Origin: a virus
Taxonomy: Duplodnaviria; Caudoviricetes
Direction: 5' to 3' (one strand)
Virus record (IMG/VR): IMGVR_UViG_3300033067_000698
Coordinates: 1-30,598 of that record
DNA: 30,598 bases
Shown one piece after another: positions 1-7,691 of this stretch; the stretch's first letter is position 1; each line of letters opens with the position of its first letter. The notes under the pieces were generated by a model. The model made no database searches, was not told where the DNA came from, and saw only the letters and a program-made list of their open reading frames with translations. The translations under genes and the position numbers were made by a program.

Positions 1-22
1 TCTAGGCGGCTCCGATGCTTAG

Positions 23-50
23 ATATTACCACATTCCGAATCAGAGTCAA
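23..50 (-). promoter_or_regulatory. sigma70-type early promoter (TTGACT-N16-TAATAT)
   Basis: Minus strand reads TTGACTctgattcggaatgtggTAATAT. Shares TTGACTCYGATTCRGA with the promoter at 2091-2119. Confidence 0.6.
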
Positions 51-61
51 GCATCTTGTGA

Positions 62-355
62 TCACGAAATGTTACAGAGTGTAATTAGAGGTTTATTAAT
101 TTTTTTAACTTTATAACCACGATATTCGCGACCATTGGTCAAATTTCCAACAGGAATATTGTGTTTAATAGAAAATTTTGTTAAACATGTGGTCAAGAAT
201 ATTTGGCCATTTGGATCAGTTACTTCAAAATGATATTTGGCTGGAAATATATTTTTTCCATGCTTTTTAGGTCTAGGTGGATTATAAAAAGGATTTTCTG
301 TATATTTAGAAGGATTGACTCTAAGCAGTCCGGCTGGATAAAAAGATTTAGACAC
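62..355 (-). CDS. hypothetical protein; C-terminus loosely resembles homing-endonuclease DNA-binding (NUMOD/IENR-like) modules
   Basis: 97 aa ORF with AAGGA RBS and the segment FEVTDPNGQIFLTTCLTKFSIKHNI...GYKVKKI. The family guess is weak. Confidence 0.5.
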   Translation of the reverse strand: MSKSFYPAGLLRVNPSKYTENPFYNPPRPKKHGKNIFPAKYHFEVTDPNGQIFLTTCLTKFSIKHNIPVGNLTNGREYRGYKVKKINKPLITLCNIS

Positions 356-366
356 AAAGTTAATCC

Positions 367-594
367 TTATGTTAGAACAAAAAACTTTCTATTGTCTTTC
401 TTGAGATAGACAGTAGAAATCTTATCACAAGTAATTTTAGATTGCAAGCCCACAACTTCGGCAACCCTAGGGGTGGCAGCATAACCAAGAAATTCGATTC
501 CTTTCTTGGTTTTTGCAATCACAGGAACACATTCATTATGGTTCCAAAACTTATCAAGAATATTTTCAATATCTTTAATTTGATTGTTCTGCAT
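367..594 (-). CDS. hypothetical protein
   Basis: 75 aa ORF in a co-oriented gene string. Confidence 0.6.
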   Translation of the reverse strand: MQNNQIKDIENILDKFWNHNECVPVIAKTKKGIEFLGYAATPRVAEVVGLQSKITCDKISTVYLKKDNRKFFVLT

Positions 595-964
595 TTTTAA
601 TCACTTCTAAATCAATAGGAGGCCAATACTCATATTGGTTCCAATAAAGAAGATTAACAATATTATCAGGCAAATAACCGCCCGGTCCACGCTTTACCTT
701 ATATTGTGTTATACCCTTTGACTTAAGATACGAACCAGCCAAACGACCAGTTTCATAATCAATTGCATCGAATTTATAAGGATATTCATAAAATGAATTG
801 CCTTCAATGGCGTCCTTAATACCATTCTTTACACACTGTTTATTGATATATTGCGGAAAAGGAAGAATTGTAACAACAGTTTCATTACCTTCCTGATCAA
901 CCCACTTTGCGGTTTCAGGCTCTTTCCTAGGACGACCACGCTTCTTAGGAGCAGGGTTAGACAT
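575..964 (-). CDS. hypothetical protein with N-terminal AT-hook
   Basis: PKKRGRPRK motif, GGAGA RBS, promoter immediately upstream. Confidence 0.7.
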   Translation of the reverse strand: MSNPAPKKRGRPRKEPETAKWVDQEGNETVVTILPFPQYINKQCVKNGIKDAIEGNSFYEYPYKFDAIDYETGRLAGSYLKSKGITQYKVKRGPGGYLPDNIVNLLYWNQYEYWPPIDLEVIKNAEQSN

Positions 965-984
965 GAATCAATCTCCGTTGTTGA

Positions 985-1020
985 TAAAGAAACACTAGAC
1001 CATTTCTGGTCTAGTGTCAA
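985..1020 (-). promoter_or_regulatory. promoter-stem-loop element: terminator hairpin overlapping a sigma70 promoter
   Basis: TTGACA(1015-1020)-N17-TAGTGT(992-997). Perfect 11-bp stem ACACTAGACCA-GAAA-TGGTCTAGTGT followed by TTCTTT. Confidence 0.8.
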
Positions 1021-1023
1021 CCA

Positions 1024-1185
1024 TCATTCTTCATCAAGAGCAGAATATTTATCCTTGCGCTTCTTATCGCGCTTCTCTTGCTTAATCTTTTCAAAATTCT
1101 TTTGACTCTTTCTGTCATAAGAATAATACTTTTCATCTTCATAATAAGATGAATCACGTTTATTAAATCGAAAAGATTTACCCAT
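1024..1185 (-). CDS. small highly charged protein (53 aa, not in ORF track)
   Basis: MGKSFRFNKRDSSYYEDEKYYSYDRKSQKNFEKIKQEKRDKKRKDKYSALDEE*, with GAGG RBS. Fills the gap between neighbours. Confidence 0.65.
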   Translation of the reverse strand: MGKSFRFNKRDSSYYEDEKYYSYDRKSQKNFEKIKQEKRDKKRKDKYSALDEE

Positions 1186-1363
1186 TGATATTAACCTCGA
1201 AAGTAAAATTAGAATTGTATTTAAATTGATATGTCTTGTTAGGTTCTGCTATAAATGCAGCCATCCCAACCTTTCCATCAGTATTTTTAAAAAAATAAAG
1301 GCGATCATTACGCCATGATGCGCTAAATATTTCCTGTTTATTAAATGTTTTCTCAACTATCAT
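1178..1363 (-). CDS. hypothetical protein
   Basis: 61 aa ORF with AGGA RBS, downstream of a promoter. Confidence 0.6.
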   Translation of the reverse strand: MIVEKTFNKQEIFSASWRNDRLYFFKNTDGKVGMAAFIAEPNKTYQFKYNSNFTFEVNING

Positions 1364-1381
1364 TATTCTATCCTAAACGAT

Positions 1382-1419
1382 ATGGGCTAGGGTATATCAC
1401 AACCCTAGCCCATTGTCAA
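1382..1419 (-). promoter_or_regulatory. promoter-stem-loop element
   Basis: TTGACA(1414-1419)-N17-TATACC. 12-bp inverted repeat ATGGGCTAGGGT/ACCCTAGCCCAT right after the stop of 1423..2028. Confidence 0.65.
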
Positions 1420-1422
1420 CTA

Positions 1423-2028
1423 TTAGGCCGCAACTTCCTGATTTTCGGCAGGGACAGCGGGGGCAGCAAAGGTAAACACCTTGCGGCGAGAACCCTCAAC
1501 CTTAGTCACAGTCTTAACAAGCTTGTCATGCTTGGCAATGTTATGCATTGCGACACCAACAATGTTGTTAAGAGCAAGCTTATCCTTATCAGGGAAAGCG
1601 GCGATCAGAGCGTTAAGAGCATCCTCGCGAGTGAAAGGCTTACCAGACACCATCAGATCGCGAACAATGCCGGTTGCCTTACCATGATCGGGCTTCTTAT
1701 TAGCCTTGGCAAGGAAAGACTTGGCAATGCGATTGCCGTTTTCATCAACCATGGCAGGGCGACCACGCTTGCGAACGATGGGATTACCATCAGCGTCAAG
1801 GGCAGGAGCCTTAGCAGCCTTGGAACCAGTCGCCTTAATCACGGCGACACCATCCTTAACCTTAAAGGTCTTAATGACCTTATCACCGTCGCGCATTTCA
1901 ATCTTTTCAGCCTTGGGAGCGCGGGCGACGACCTTAGCAAGATCATCAACAAGATTATCAGGAGTAGTAACCGTGCGAGTAGCGCGGGAAACAACATTAC
2001 CAGAAACGATTGCAAAAAGCTTAGACAT
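1423..2028 (-). CDS. basic Lys/Ala-rich putative DNA-binding (nucleoid-like) protein with AT-hook-like motif
   Basis: 201 aa, RKRGRP motif, many K/A/R residues, GGAGA RBS, strong upstream promoter. Codon usage is visibly GC-richer than the flanks. Confidence 0.7.
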   Translation of the reverse strand: MSKLFAIVSGNVVSRATRTVTTPDNLVDDLAKVVARAPKAEKIEMRDGDKVIKTFKVKDGVAVIKATGSKAAKAPALDADGNPIVRKRGRPAMVDENGNRIAKSFLAKANKKPDHGKATGIVRDLMVSGKPFTREDALNALIAAFPDKDKLALNNIVGVAMHNIAKHDKLVKTVTKVEGSRRKVFTFAAPAVPAENQEVAA

Positions 2029-2090
2029 AATTTAGTTCTCCATTTGGTTTGTGTTCAGCGTCGGACACCATGTCGCTTGCTGATGATCCT

Positions 2091-2119
2091 TATATAAGCC
2101 ATGTCTGAATCGGAGTCAA
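2091..2119 (-). promoter_or_regulatory. strong sigma70-type early promoter
   Basis: TTGACT-N17-TATATA with an upstream A-tract (UP-like). Confidence 0.75.
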
Positions 2120-2188
2120 CACCTTTTTTCAGTCTGGCCTACATTTTTATGATGCACTGCACTATATAAAAAGTTATTATGATTTAAT

Positions 2189-2548
2189 TCATTCGATAAT
2201 AACTTCTTTCTTACCAACTTTAAACCTACCACATTCGATTGGCTTATTCCAGCCATTTTTTGCAGCTTGTGTAACAGAAGGAAAGAATTTAATATGAGCC
2301 ATAATATGGGCCATCATCTTTCCTTCAAAATCTTTTGATTGAATAATCGGAACATCATTCCTATCTTGAAAAAATGTTCCAAAATCTCTTTCTGGAATGT
2401 TTGTTTTAATTGTTCTTTCACCAATTGGTTCCTCTCGGATACCATTAGTATTACAAATAAAACAATTAAACCATTCATTTTTATTTAATTGTCTGGTAAA
2501 TAGCGCACCAGTTCCTTTACAACAAAAACAAATCATAATTGACCCCAT
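2189..2548 (-). CDS. hypothetical protein: N-terminal CxxC...CxxC zinc finger and C-terminal S4-like (TyrRS C-terminal-like) segment
   Basis: CFCCKGTG...CFICN and MAHIMAHIKFFPSVTQAAKNG...FKVGKK. Domain call made by eye. Confidence 0.5.
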   Translation of the reverse strand: MGSIMICFCCKGTGALFTRQLNKNEWFNCFICNTNGIREEPIGERTIKTNIPERDFGTFFQDRNDVPIIQSKDFEGKMMAHIMAHIKFFPSVTQAAKNGWNKPIECGRFKVGKKEVIIE

Positions 2549-2552
2549 ATAT

Positions 2553-2589
2553 AAAGAAAGACCCTAGCACATTGCTGCACTAGAGTCAA
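2553..2589 (-). repeat. promoter/terminator stem-loop repeat, copy 1
   Basis: GACTCTAGTGCA-GCAA-TGTGCTAGGGTC-TTTCTTT, containing TTGACT-N17-TAGGGT. Confidence 0.85.
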
Positions 2590-2603
2590 TAGGGTTATGA
2601 GAT

Positions 2604-3014
2604 TTAAAGTCTAACTTTTTCATATTTTCTATGATAATCAAAACTTGCTTTATCAAGATAAAGTGTTATTCTTTCAACAAGAATTGCTTTATTTTTCTTA
2701 AAAATTATTTGATTGATACCATATCTAACATTTCTCTTATCAATTTTATACCAAGAAATCATAGCACCATCTTCTCTAAGCCTCAAATTTTCATCAGCAA
2801 GATAAAGCCAAGAATACAGTTGATCAATACTTTTAAATCCAAAAAAATATTCTTTTCTATTCTTTTCTATTTGTTTAAAAGAAAGATGATAACCAAAATA
2901 ATCTTTCAACCCATCACGAGAAGGGCAAGGATGACTTTGATATGCTTCAATATAAACATCAAGGCAATACATTCCGACGCCTTCGCTGTTTTCAACTCTA
3001 AAAACAAAAGCCAT
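2604..3014 (-). CDS. hypothetical phage protein (start moved to MAFVFRVE)
   Basis: GGAGAG RBS before the ATG at 3014. The longer track ORF runs through the hairpin repeat. Confidence 0.7.
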   Translation of the reverse strand: MAFVFRVENSEGVGMYCLDVYIEAYQSHPCPSRDGLKDYFGYHLSFKQIEKNRKEYFFGFKSIDQLYSWLYLADENLRLREDGAMISWYKIDKRNVRYGINQIIFKKNKAILVERITLYLDKASFDYHRKYEKVRL

Positions 3015-3032
3015 TAGTCTCTCCGTGAATAT

Positions 3033-3068
3033 AAAAAAGACCCTAGCACATTGCTGCACTAGGGTCCA
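3033..3068 (-). terminator. stem-loop repeat copy 2, intrinsic terminator of the OMP gene (degenerate -35)
   Basis: GACCCTAGTGCA-GCAA-TGTGCTAGGGTC-TTTTTT. The -35 position reads TGGACC. Confidence 0.85.
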
Positions 3069-3086
3069 ATCACGAATTGTTACATA

Positions 3087-3611
3087 TTAGAATCGATAAC
3101 CAATACCAGACCTTACAGAATGATCTTCACGAATAAATGCTGAATTAAAATTAGCATATCGGTATTCAACCCTTGCAAACCAATTATTCATATGATATTC
3201 TAGACCAGCACCGGCAGTATAACCAACATGAACCTTATTAAATTCACTCTTATAAGCTAGACCGCCACTGACAAATGGAACAAAGTTATTATAATTATAA
3301 CCAAGCCTAGCACGAGTTGAACCATCCCAATTACTACGGAATTGATTTAGATTATAATTAAAATCGGTTTCGATTCCTAGGATGATATTGCTAATATCAA
3401 AATTATAACCGGCAAAAACTCCTAGGAAATTGTCCCTATTGTATGAATATTGACCGCCAAGATAAAATCCGGCAAGGGCTGGCCTATAATTAATTTCCTC
3501 TACCACATAACGTTGCATATAGGGCTGACGAATATCAGCAGCAACACTTGTTGAAGCCATTCCAAAAATCATTGAAGCGGCAAGACCAAGGCCGATGAAA
3601 AACTTACGCAT
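3087..3611 (-). CDS. outer-membrane beta-barrel protein, Omp25/RopB family
   Basis: Signal peptide ending ...SVAAD; GFYLGG, GIETDFNY, GSTRARLGY, PFVSGGLAY, GYTAGAGLEY and ARVEYRY motifs; C-terminal GIGYRF BAM signal. Confidence 0.88.
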   Translation of the reverse strand: MRKFFIGLGLAASMIFGMASTSVAADIRQPYMQRYVVEEINYRPALAGFYLGGQYSYNRDNFLGVFAGYNFDISNIILGIETDFNYNLNQFRSNWDGSTRARLGYNYNNFVPFVSGGLAYKSEFNKVHVGYTAGAGLEYHMNNWFARVEYRYANFNSAFIREDHSVRSGIGYRF

Positions 3612-3669
3612 TATTTATCCTTTATGTTTGATGTGTTATATATCTAGTGACCATCACCAGACAACAGGG

Positions 3670-3698
3670 AGACTACACATAGATTGTTCTAGTGTCAA
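3670..3698 (-). promoter_or_regulatory. sigma70 promoter for the OMP gene
   Basis: TTGACA-N17-TAGTCT. Confidence 0.7.
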
Positions 3699-3703
3699 CC
3701 CTA

Positions 3704-3736
3704 GAAATGGAAATGGCACCATTTCTGATGCCATTT
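3704..3736 (-). terminator. intrinsic terminator after gp32
   Basis: AAATGGCATCA-GAAA-TGGTGCCATTT followed by CCATTTC. Confidence 0.65.
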
Positions 3737-3762
3737 TATTTTTTGATGTAATTTTTAGAAAA

Positions 3763-4701
3763 TTATTTTGCTAAATTATTGAAAAATTCTTCATCAAAAG
3801 AATCGTCTTCATCACTTACAGCTTTAGTAGGTTCTTTGAAAGGTTTTTCTTTCAATTTCTTACCAAAATCTGTTTTAGCAGCGATTTCTTCTCTTACTTC
3901 TTCTGAAGGTTCATTCAAATCTAACACTTCATATAATTTATTTTTTAATTCATCATATGATAAGAATTGATCTGGTTGTAAGAATTTTTGCAATGAATGT
4001 TCTGATTCCCAAATCAATTTAATTTCGTCGTCAGATTCAGCCAAAGGACTTACATCAAGGAATTTAGATAGATCATAATTAATATTACCATCTACTTTTC
4101 TAATTCTCAATTCAAAATTAGCGCCTTCCCATAGATCGAATGGATTAATTGCATCTGGAATTTTACCCTTATAGTTTTCAGGATATAGTTTTTCAGGATA
4201 CATTTTTTCTTCGATTTTGTCAAAGATTTTCTTACCCATTTTAAATAGTTTTACTTTACCATTATTGGATGGGTTAGCAGGGTCTTCAACGATAAAGACA
4301 TTAACGTAGTATTGTAATTTTCTTTTTTGCTTACGTGCTTGTAAACGAGTTGGAGATTTTTCATCGTCTGATTGTTTCCACAATTTAGAATTGTATTCTA
4401 CAACCGGACATTTTTGACCAATAGTTGTTAATGATTTCTCAATTAACCATTTGCCTGATGGACCTTCGAAACCGAAGGAAAACATTTTAATGAATGGAAC
4501 GCCGTCGTCACCATCTACAGCAGGAGCAGGAAGGAACCTAATAACAGCATAACCATTACCAGTTTTATCTAATTCTGGATACCAGAAATCTTCATTGGTA
4601 TTATTGCTATAACTTGTGTTATTAAGTGTTTCAGTGTATTTCTTTAGTTCTTCTAAAGTTTGTTGTGAGTTCTTTTTTAGTGATTTAAAGTCTAATGTCA
4701 T
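3763..4701 (-). CDS. 32: T4-like single-stranded DNA-binding protein gp32
   Basis: DKTGNGYAVIRFLPA, CPV, RKQKRKLQYYVN, GKVKLFKMGKKIFDKI, NPFDLWEGANF and NYDLSKF motifs, acidic C-tail. Lies downstream of 59 and 33 as in T4. Confidence 0.96.
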   Translation of the reverse strand: MTLDFKSLKKNSQQTLEELKKYTETLNNTSYSNNTNEDFWYPELDKTGNGYAVIRFLPAPAVDGDDGVPFIKMFSFGFEGPSGKWLIEKSLTTIGQKCPVVEYNSKLWKQSDDEKSPTRLQARKQKRKLQYYVNVFIVEDPANPSNNGKVKLFKMGKKIFDKIEEKMYPEKLYPENYKGKIPDAINPFDLWEGANFELRIRKVDGNINYDLSKFLDVSPLAESDDEIKLIWESEHSLQKFLQPDQFLSYDELKNKLYEVLDLNEPSEEVREEIAAKTDFGKKLKEKPFKEPTKAVSDEDDSFDEEFFNNLAK

Positions 4702-4763
4702 GTTGATATATTCCTATATTATGTTGATATTTTGTTGTTTTCCACGATATCATAATATAAGAC

Positions 4764-4771
4764 TATTTATA
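4764..4771 (-). promoter_or_regulatory. T4-type late promoter
   Basis: TATAAATA in the intergenic region upstream of gene 32. Confidence 0.75.
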
Positions 4772-4774
4772 TAA

Positions 4775-5347
4775 TTAGTTAGAGAATTTTTTAAGCAATG
4801 CTTTTTTTATTTTGTCCCTATCATATTTCAAAAATGGATATATTTTATCCATTTTGTGAACAATATCTGCCCACAAAGGATCATCATTTAGTTTATTATT
4901 TAAATAGCCAAATGAATCTGAAACATCGATTAAAGCAATCAAGGTTTCAATTTCAATTTTTTCTTCAATGTATAGTTTAAGAATATGCGGGTAGCTATTC
5001 TTTTCGCAAGTGAAATTTTCATTAAAATTATCCTTAAGGTAATTACAATCTTCAATAAAGAGATATGTGAAATTTTCTAATCGCTTTTTCCATTTGAGCA
5101 TTATACTAAATGCTTCATCGCTTGTCAAGTCTTTTATCCATACATTAGGATTATTTTTTATGTTGGCAATTAGTATGTCTTCTGCATCTAATCTTTTAGC
5201 CAATTTTTCAAAGAAATATTTATCTTTTCTTTTTTCAAATGTGGCCGGCAATACCTTGATATTACCAGAATATTTAAAATAATCATAATCAGAAGTGAAA
5301 TGGCGTTTCAATGCTAAATATTTTTTATAACATTCAAATGGAGTCAT
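4775..5347 (-). CDS. 59: T4-like helicase loader gp59
   Basis: YLALKRHFTSDYDYFKYSG and FEKRKDKYFFEKLA motifs; synteny 33-59-32. Confidence 0.93.
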   Translation of the reverse strand: MTPFECYKKYLALKRHFTSDYDYFKYSGNIKVLPATFEKRKDKYFFEKLAKRLDAEDILIANIKNNPNVWIKDLTSDEAFSIMLKWKKRLENFTYLFIEDCNYLKDNFNENFTCEKNSYPHILKLYIEEKIEIETLIALIDVSDSFGYLNNKLNDDPLWADIVHKMDKIYPFLKYDRDKIKKALLKKFSN

Positions 5348-5540
5348 TTTTCAATGCTTTTAATTGTTTAGCTTCTGTCTCTACTTTAGTTCTGATGTCA
5401 GAATTTTTTCTAATGACAGAAGCAATAAAATCTATTTCTAGTTTATTTACTTCACAATAATGAATGGCGGCTTCAATATAACTTGAGCCGCCAGCCACAA
5501 TTTTTTCTATATTTTTAATATGATCTTTAGTTTTTAACAT
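5334..5540 (-). CDS. 33: T4-like late transcription coactivator gp33
   Basis: SYIEAAIHYCEVNKLEID...KVETEAKQL; synteny with 59. Confidence 0.85.
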   Translation of the reverse strand: MLKTKDHIKNIEKIVAGGSSYIEAAIHYCEVNKLEIDFIASVIRKNSDIRTKVETEAKQLKALKNDSI

Positions 5541-5892
5541 TACCTAAAATGTCTTCTGCGTTAAGTCCAACCATTTCAATAAATTTTTTAATGGTGGCAA
5601 TTTTTTCGTCGTTATGACAATCCGGCTCATTATGAATCTTATCATAATTTTGGGCACGTTGCAACAATTCTTTCAAGTCTTGAATTTCTTTTTTTAACTG
5701 ATTAAATTCTTCTCTTGTAATTACTGGTTCCTCTTTAATTATTGTTGGTTGTGGCAGTGGACCTTCAACCCTAGGAACAATAGGAGTCGTTACTGGCGGA
5801 AATGTAATATTTGGATAACTAGGATAAAAAGTTGGATATTGTTTTCTCCATCTTTCGTCGTAATGATCCATTACCATACTTACAACACACAT
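5527..5892 (-). CDS. hypothetical phage protein (Pro-rich linker, coiled coil)
   Basis: 121 aa, MCVVSMVMDHY...EPDC, GAGG RBS. Confidence 0.7.
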   Translation of the reverse strand: MCVVSMVMDHYDERWRKQYPTFYPSYPNITFPPVTTPIVPRVEGPLPQPTIIKEEPVITREEFNQLKKEIQDLKELLQRAQNYDKIHNEPDCHNDEKIATIKKFIEMVGLNAEDILGNVKN

Positions 5893-5895
5893 ATA

Positions 5896-6147
5896 TTAAC
5901 CTCTTACTAAATGAATTAAAAATGGATCGTTAAGCGGTTTTTCAACTACTGTTGCTTTAACAGCTTCTCTAACAGATGCAAAATCAAAATCTGGTTCTTC
6001 GTTCAAGAATAAAATTTTAAATTTATCTAAAGCCTGTTCTACATCATCAGCAACACATACTAAAATTTCTGGTGGAGAAGACATAATGCTTAGAGAATTG
6101 CCAATATCTAATGATGCTTGTAATGGATAAATGTAATAAATGTTCAT
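5896..6147 (-). CDS. hypothetical protein
   Basis: 83 aa, GAGG RBS. Confidence 0.65.
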   Translation of the reverse strand: MNIYYIYPLQASLDIGNSLSIMSSPPEILVCVADDVEQALDKFKILFLNEEPDFDFASVREAVKATVVEKPLNDPFLIHLVRG

Positions 6148-6157
6148 AATATACCTC

Positions 6158-6535
6158 TTAAATTGGAAATGAAAATGGATTTGATGCTTTAGTTTGCAAC
6201 AAATTTTGGAACTCTTTTACACCAAAAATATAAATAAACACTGGCAGTCTAGGACCGGTTACAGTTTCAAAGAGTAATTGATAAATGCGTTGAAATCCGT
6301 GTCGAATGGCTTTGCCATCAACGCCAAAATACTTCTTAGTAATTTCATAGATTTCAAAAGTCAAACCTTCTTCATTAATAGAAGGATTAATATTCATTAC
6401 ATCGTTAATCCAAAGTATTACTTTTTCAGCCTCGGAACGATAAAATTCAATATCACCATCAATTTCTTCGTTAACGTCAAGATGCTTATTATCTTGAAAA
6501 TAATAATAGGCAGCTAGAGTCTTCATTGAAATCAT
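6158..6535 (-). CDS. stand-alone anticodon-binding domain resembling the class I lysyl-tRNA synthetase C-terminus
   Basis: LTFEIYEITKKYFG...IRHGFQRIYQLLFETVTGPRLPVFIYIFG matches the LysRS1 C-terminal pattern F..lY..LlG...GPR.g.F....G. No HIGH/KMSKS catalytic domain. Confidence 0.7.
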   Translation of the reverse strand: MISMKTLAAYYYFQDNKHLDVNEEIDGDIEFYRSEAEKVILWINDVMNINPSINEEGLTFEIYEITKKYFGVDGKAIRHGFQRIYQLLFETVTGPRLPVFIYIFGVKEFQNLLQTKASNPFSFPI

Positions 6536-6969
6536 TATAGATACTCCACATTAAATTCTTTTTTAAATCCATCATTGATCATAGTGTATAACCATTTCAA
6601 ATTTTCTATTTGTAATACTGATGGCATTTCCATAAATGTATTGATAGGAATTATATGAATTTTTTCTTCTTCTAAAGTTTTAGCATCAAAAATAGCATCG
6701 CCGCAATCAATAGAATAAATATACATTTCAAAATCATTTGGTCTATATAATAGACCATTATATGTAAACTCATTTACATTAAAATGTAATCCGCATTCTT
6801 CTTTAATTTCTCTTGAAATTGCTTCGTCGGCAGTTTCGCCTTCTTCAATTTTACCACCAAGAAAATTATATTTACCAGCTTGCCATTCTGGTTGTAATTT
6901 ACCAATTAAAAGTATATGTTTACTACCTGTAACTATACCTAATACATATTTTTTATTCGCCATATTCAC
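6535..6969 (-). CDS. Nudix hydrolase
   Basis: Nudix box GGKIEEGETADEAISREIKEECG. Confidence 0.92.
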   Translation of the reverse strand: MNMANKKYVLGIVTGSKHILLIGKLQPEWQAGKYNFLGGKIEEGETADEAISREIKEECGLHFNVNEFTYNGLLYRPNDFEMYIYSIDCGDAIFDAKTLEEEKIHIIPINTFMEMPSVLQIENLKWLYTMINDGFKKEFNVEYL

Positions 6970-7153
6970 CTTTCATGCACTGTATAAAATCATCCATAAT
7001 TTCTCTGATATCGTATTCTTCAAAACCTTTATTATGTAATTTTAACCAAATACCAGATAGTTCTTCATAAGGGTCATGAAACCATTCATGGCTTTTATAC
7101 CATAAATTAAAATCTTGTTCCCATTGTTCTAATTTTGTTACAATATAACTCAT
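6953..7153 (-). CDS. hypothetical protein
   Basis: 66 aa, overlapping neighbours. Confidence 0.6.
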   Translation of the reverse strand: MSYIVTKLEQWEQDFNLWYKSHEWFHDPYEELSGIWLKLHNKGFEEYDIREIMDDFIQCMKGEYGE

Positions 7154-7449
7154 GTCAACTCTAATGCTTTCATAAAGATATAATTGAAACCCATTTGTTG
7201 TAATGTAATATCATCGAACATTGGTTTAAGAGTTGTTTCAACTACAAACAAACAACCATTTTTAATTTCATATTCAAATGGTTGTGCAGATTTTTTGGCC
7301 GCAATATTCAATTGTTCGACCAGTCCATATATATCAAGTTTTGCTTTTTCTAAAAGAGTCATGTCAGCCACATAGATTGTTCTAATTTTTGGAACATCTA
7401 CAACGACTGGTTTTTCTTTCTTTTCAAATTTAAGAATAGTTGCGGTCAT
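7150..7449 (-). CDS. hypothetical protein (start at MTATIL)
   Basis: ATG overlaps the upstream stop (TAATG). Confidence 0.6.
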   Translation of the reverse strand: MTATILKFEKKEKPVVVDVPKIRTIYVADMTLLEKAKLDIYGLVEQLNIAAKKSAQPFEYEIKNGCLFVVETTLKPMFDDITLQQMGFNYIFMKALELT

Positions 7450-7673
7450 TACCAGAATTTCCACCAAGACTTTTTTTGTTCAAAATAAATACCATCAGGA
7501 CCACATGGTCCCCAACTTCTAGCATGTTTAGCAAACATTAAATCATAATTTGTTTTACCAGAAACCAAATCTACATCTTTATAGTTTTTTATAGATACTT
7601 TACAATATCTTAAATCTAATGGAAGCACGTCCCATTTTAAATGTTTGCAATCTTTACAAAATTTATTAGTCAT
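7449..7673 (-). CDS. small Cys-containing hypothetical protein (start at MTNKFC)
   Basis: CKDCKH...C...CGPDG, AAGGA RBS. The longer track ORF starts inside a tRNA. Confidence 0.7.
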   Translation of the reverse strand: MTNKFCKDCKHLKWDVLPLDLRYCKVSIKNYKDVDLVSGKTNYDLMFAKHARSWGPCGPDGIYFEQKKSWWKFW

Positions 7674-7691
7674 TATATATCCTTCAAAAAA

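Noticed and set aside
992-1017. N4-type single-stranded hairpin promoter for a virion RNA polymerase
   Set aside because: Canonical -35/-10 spacing and a U-tract explain it, and the phage is T4-like with gp33.
1345-2097. 250-aa plus-strand ORF and other nested plus-strand ORFs
   Set aside because: Antisense shadow of the GC-richer 1423..2028 gene. It has no RBS, promoter or recognisable motifs and runs through regulatory hairpins.
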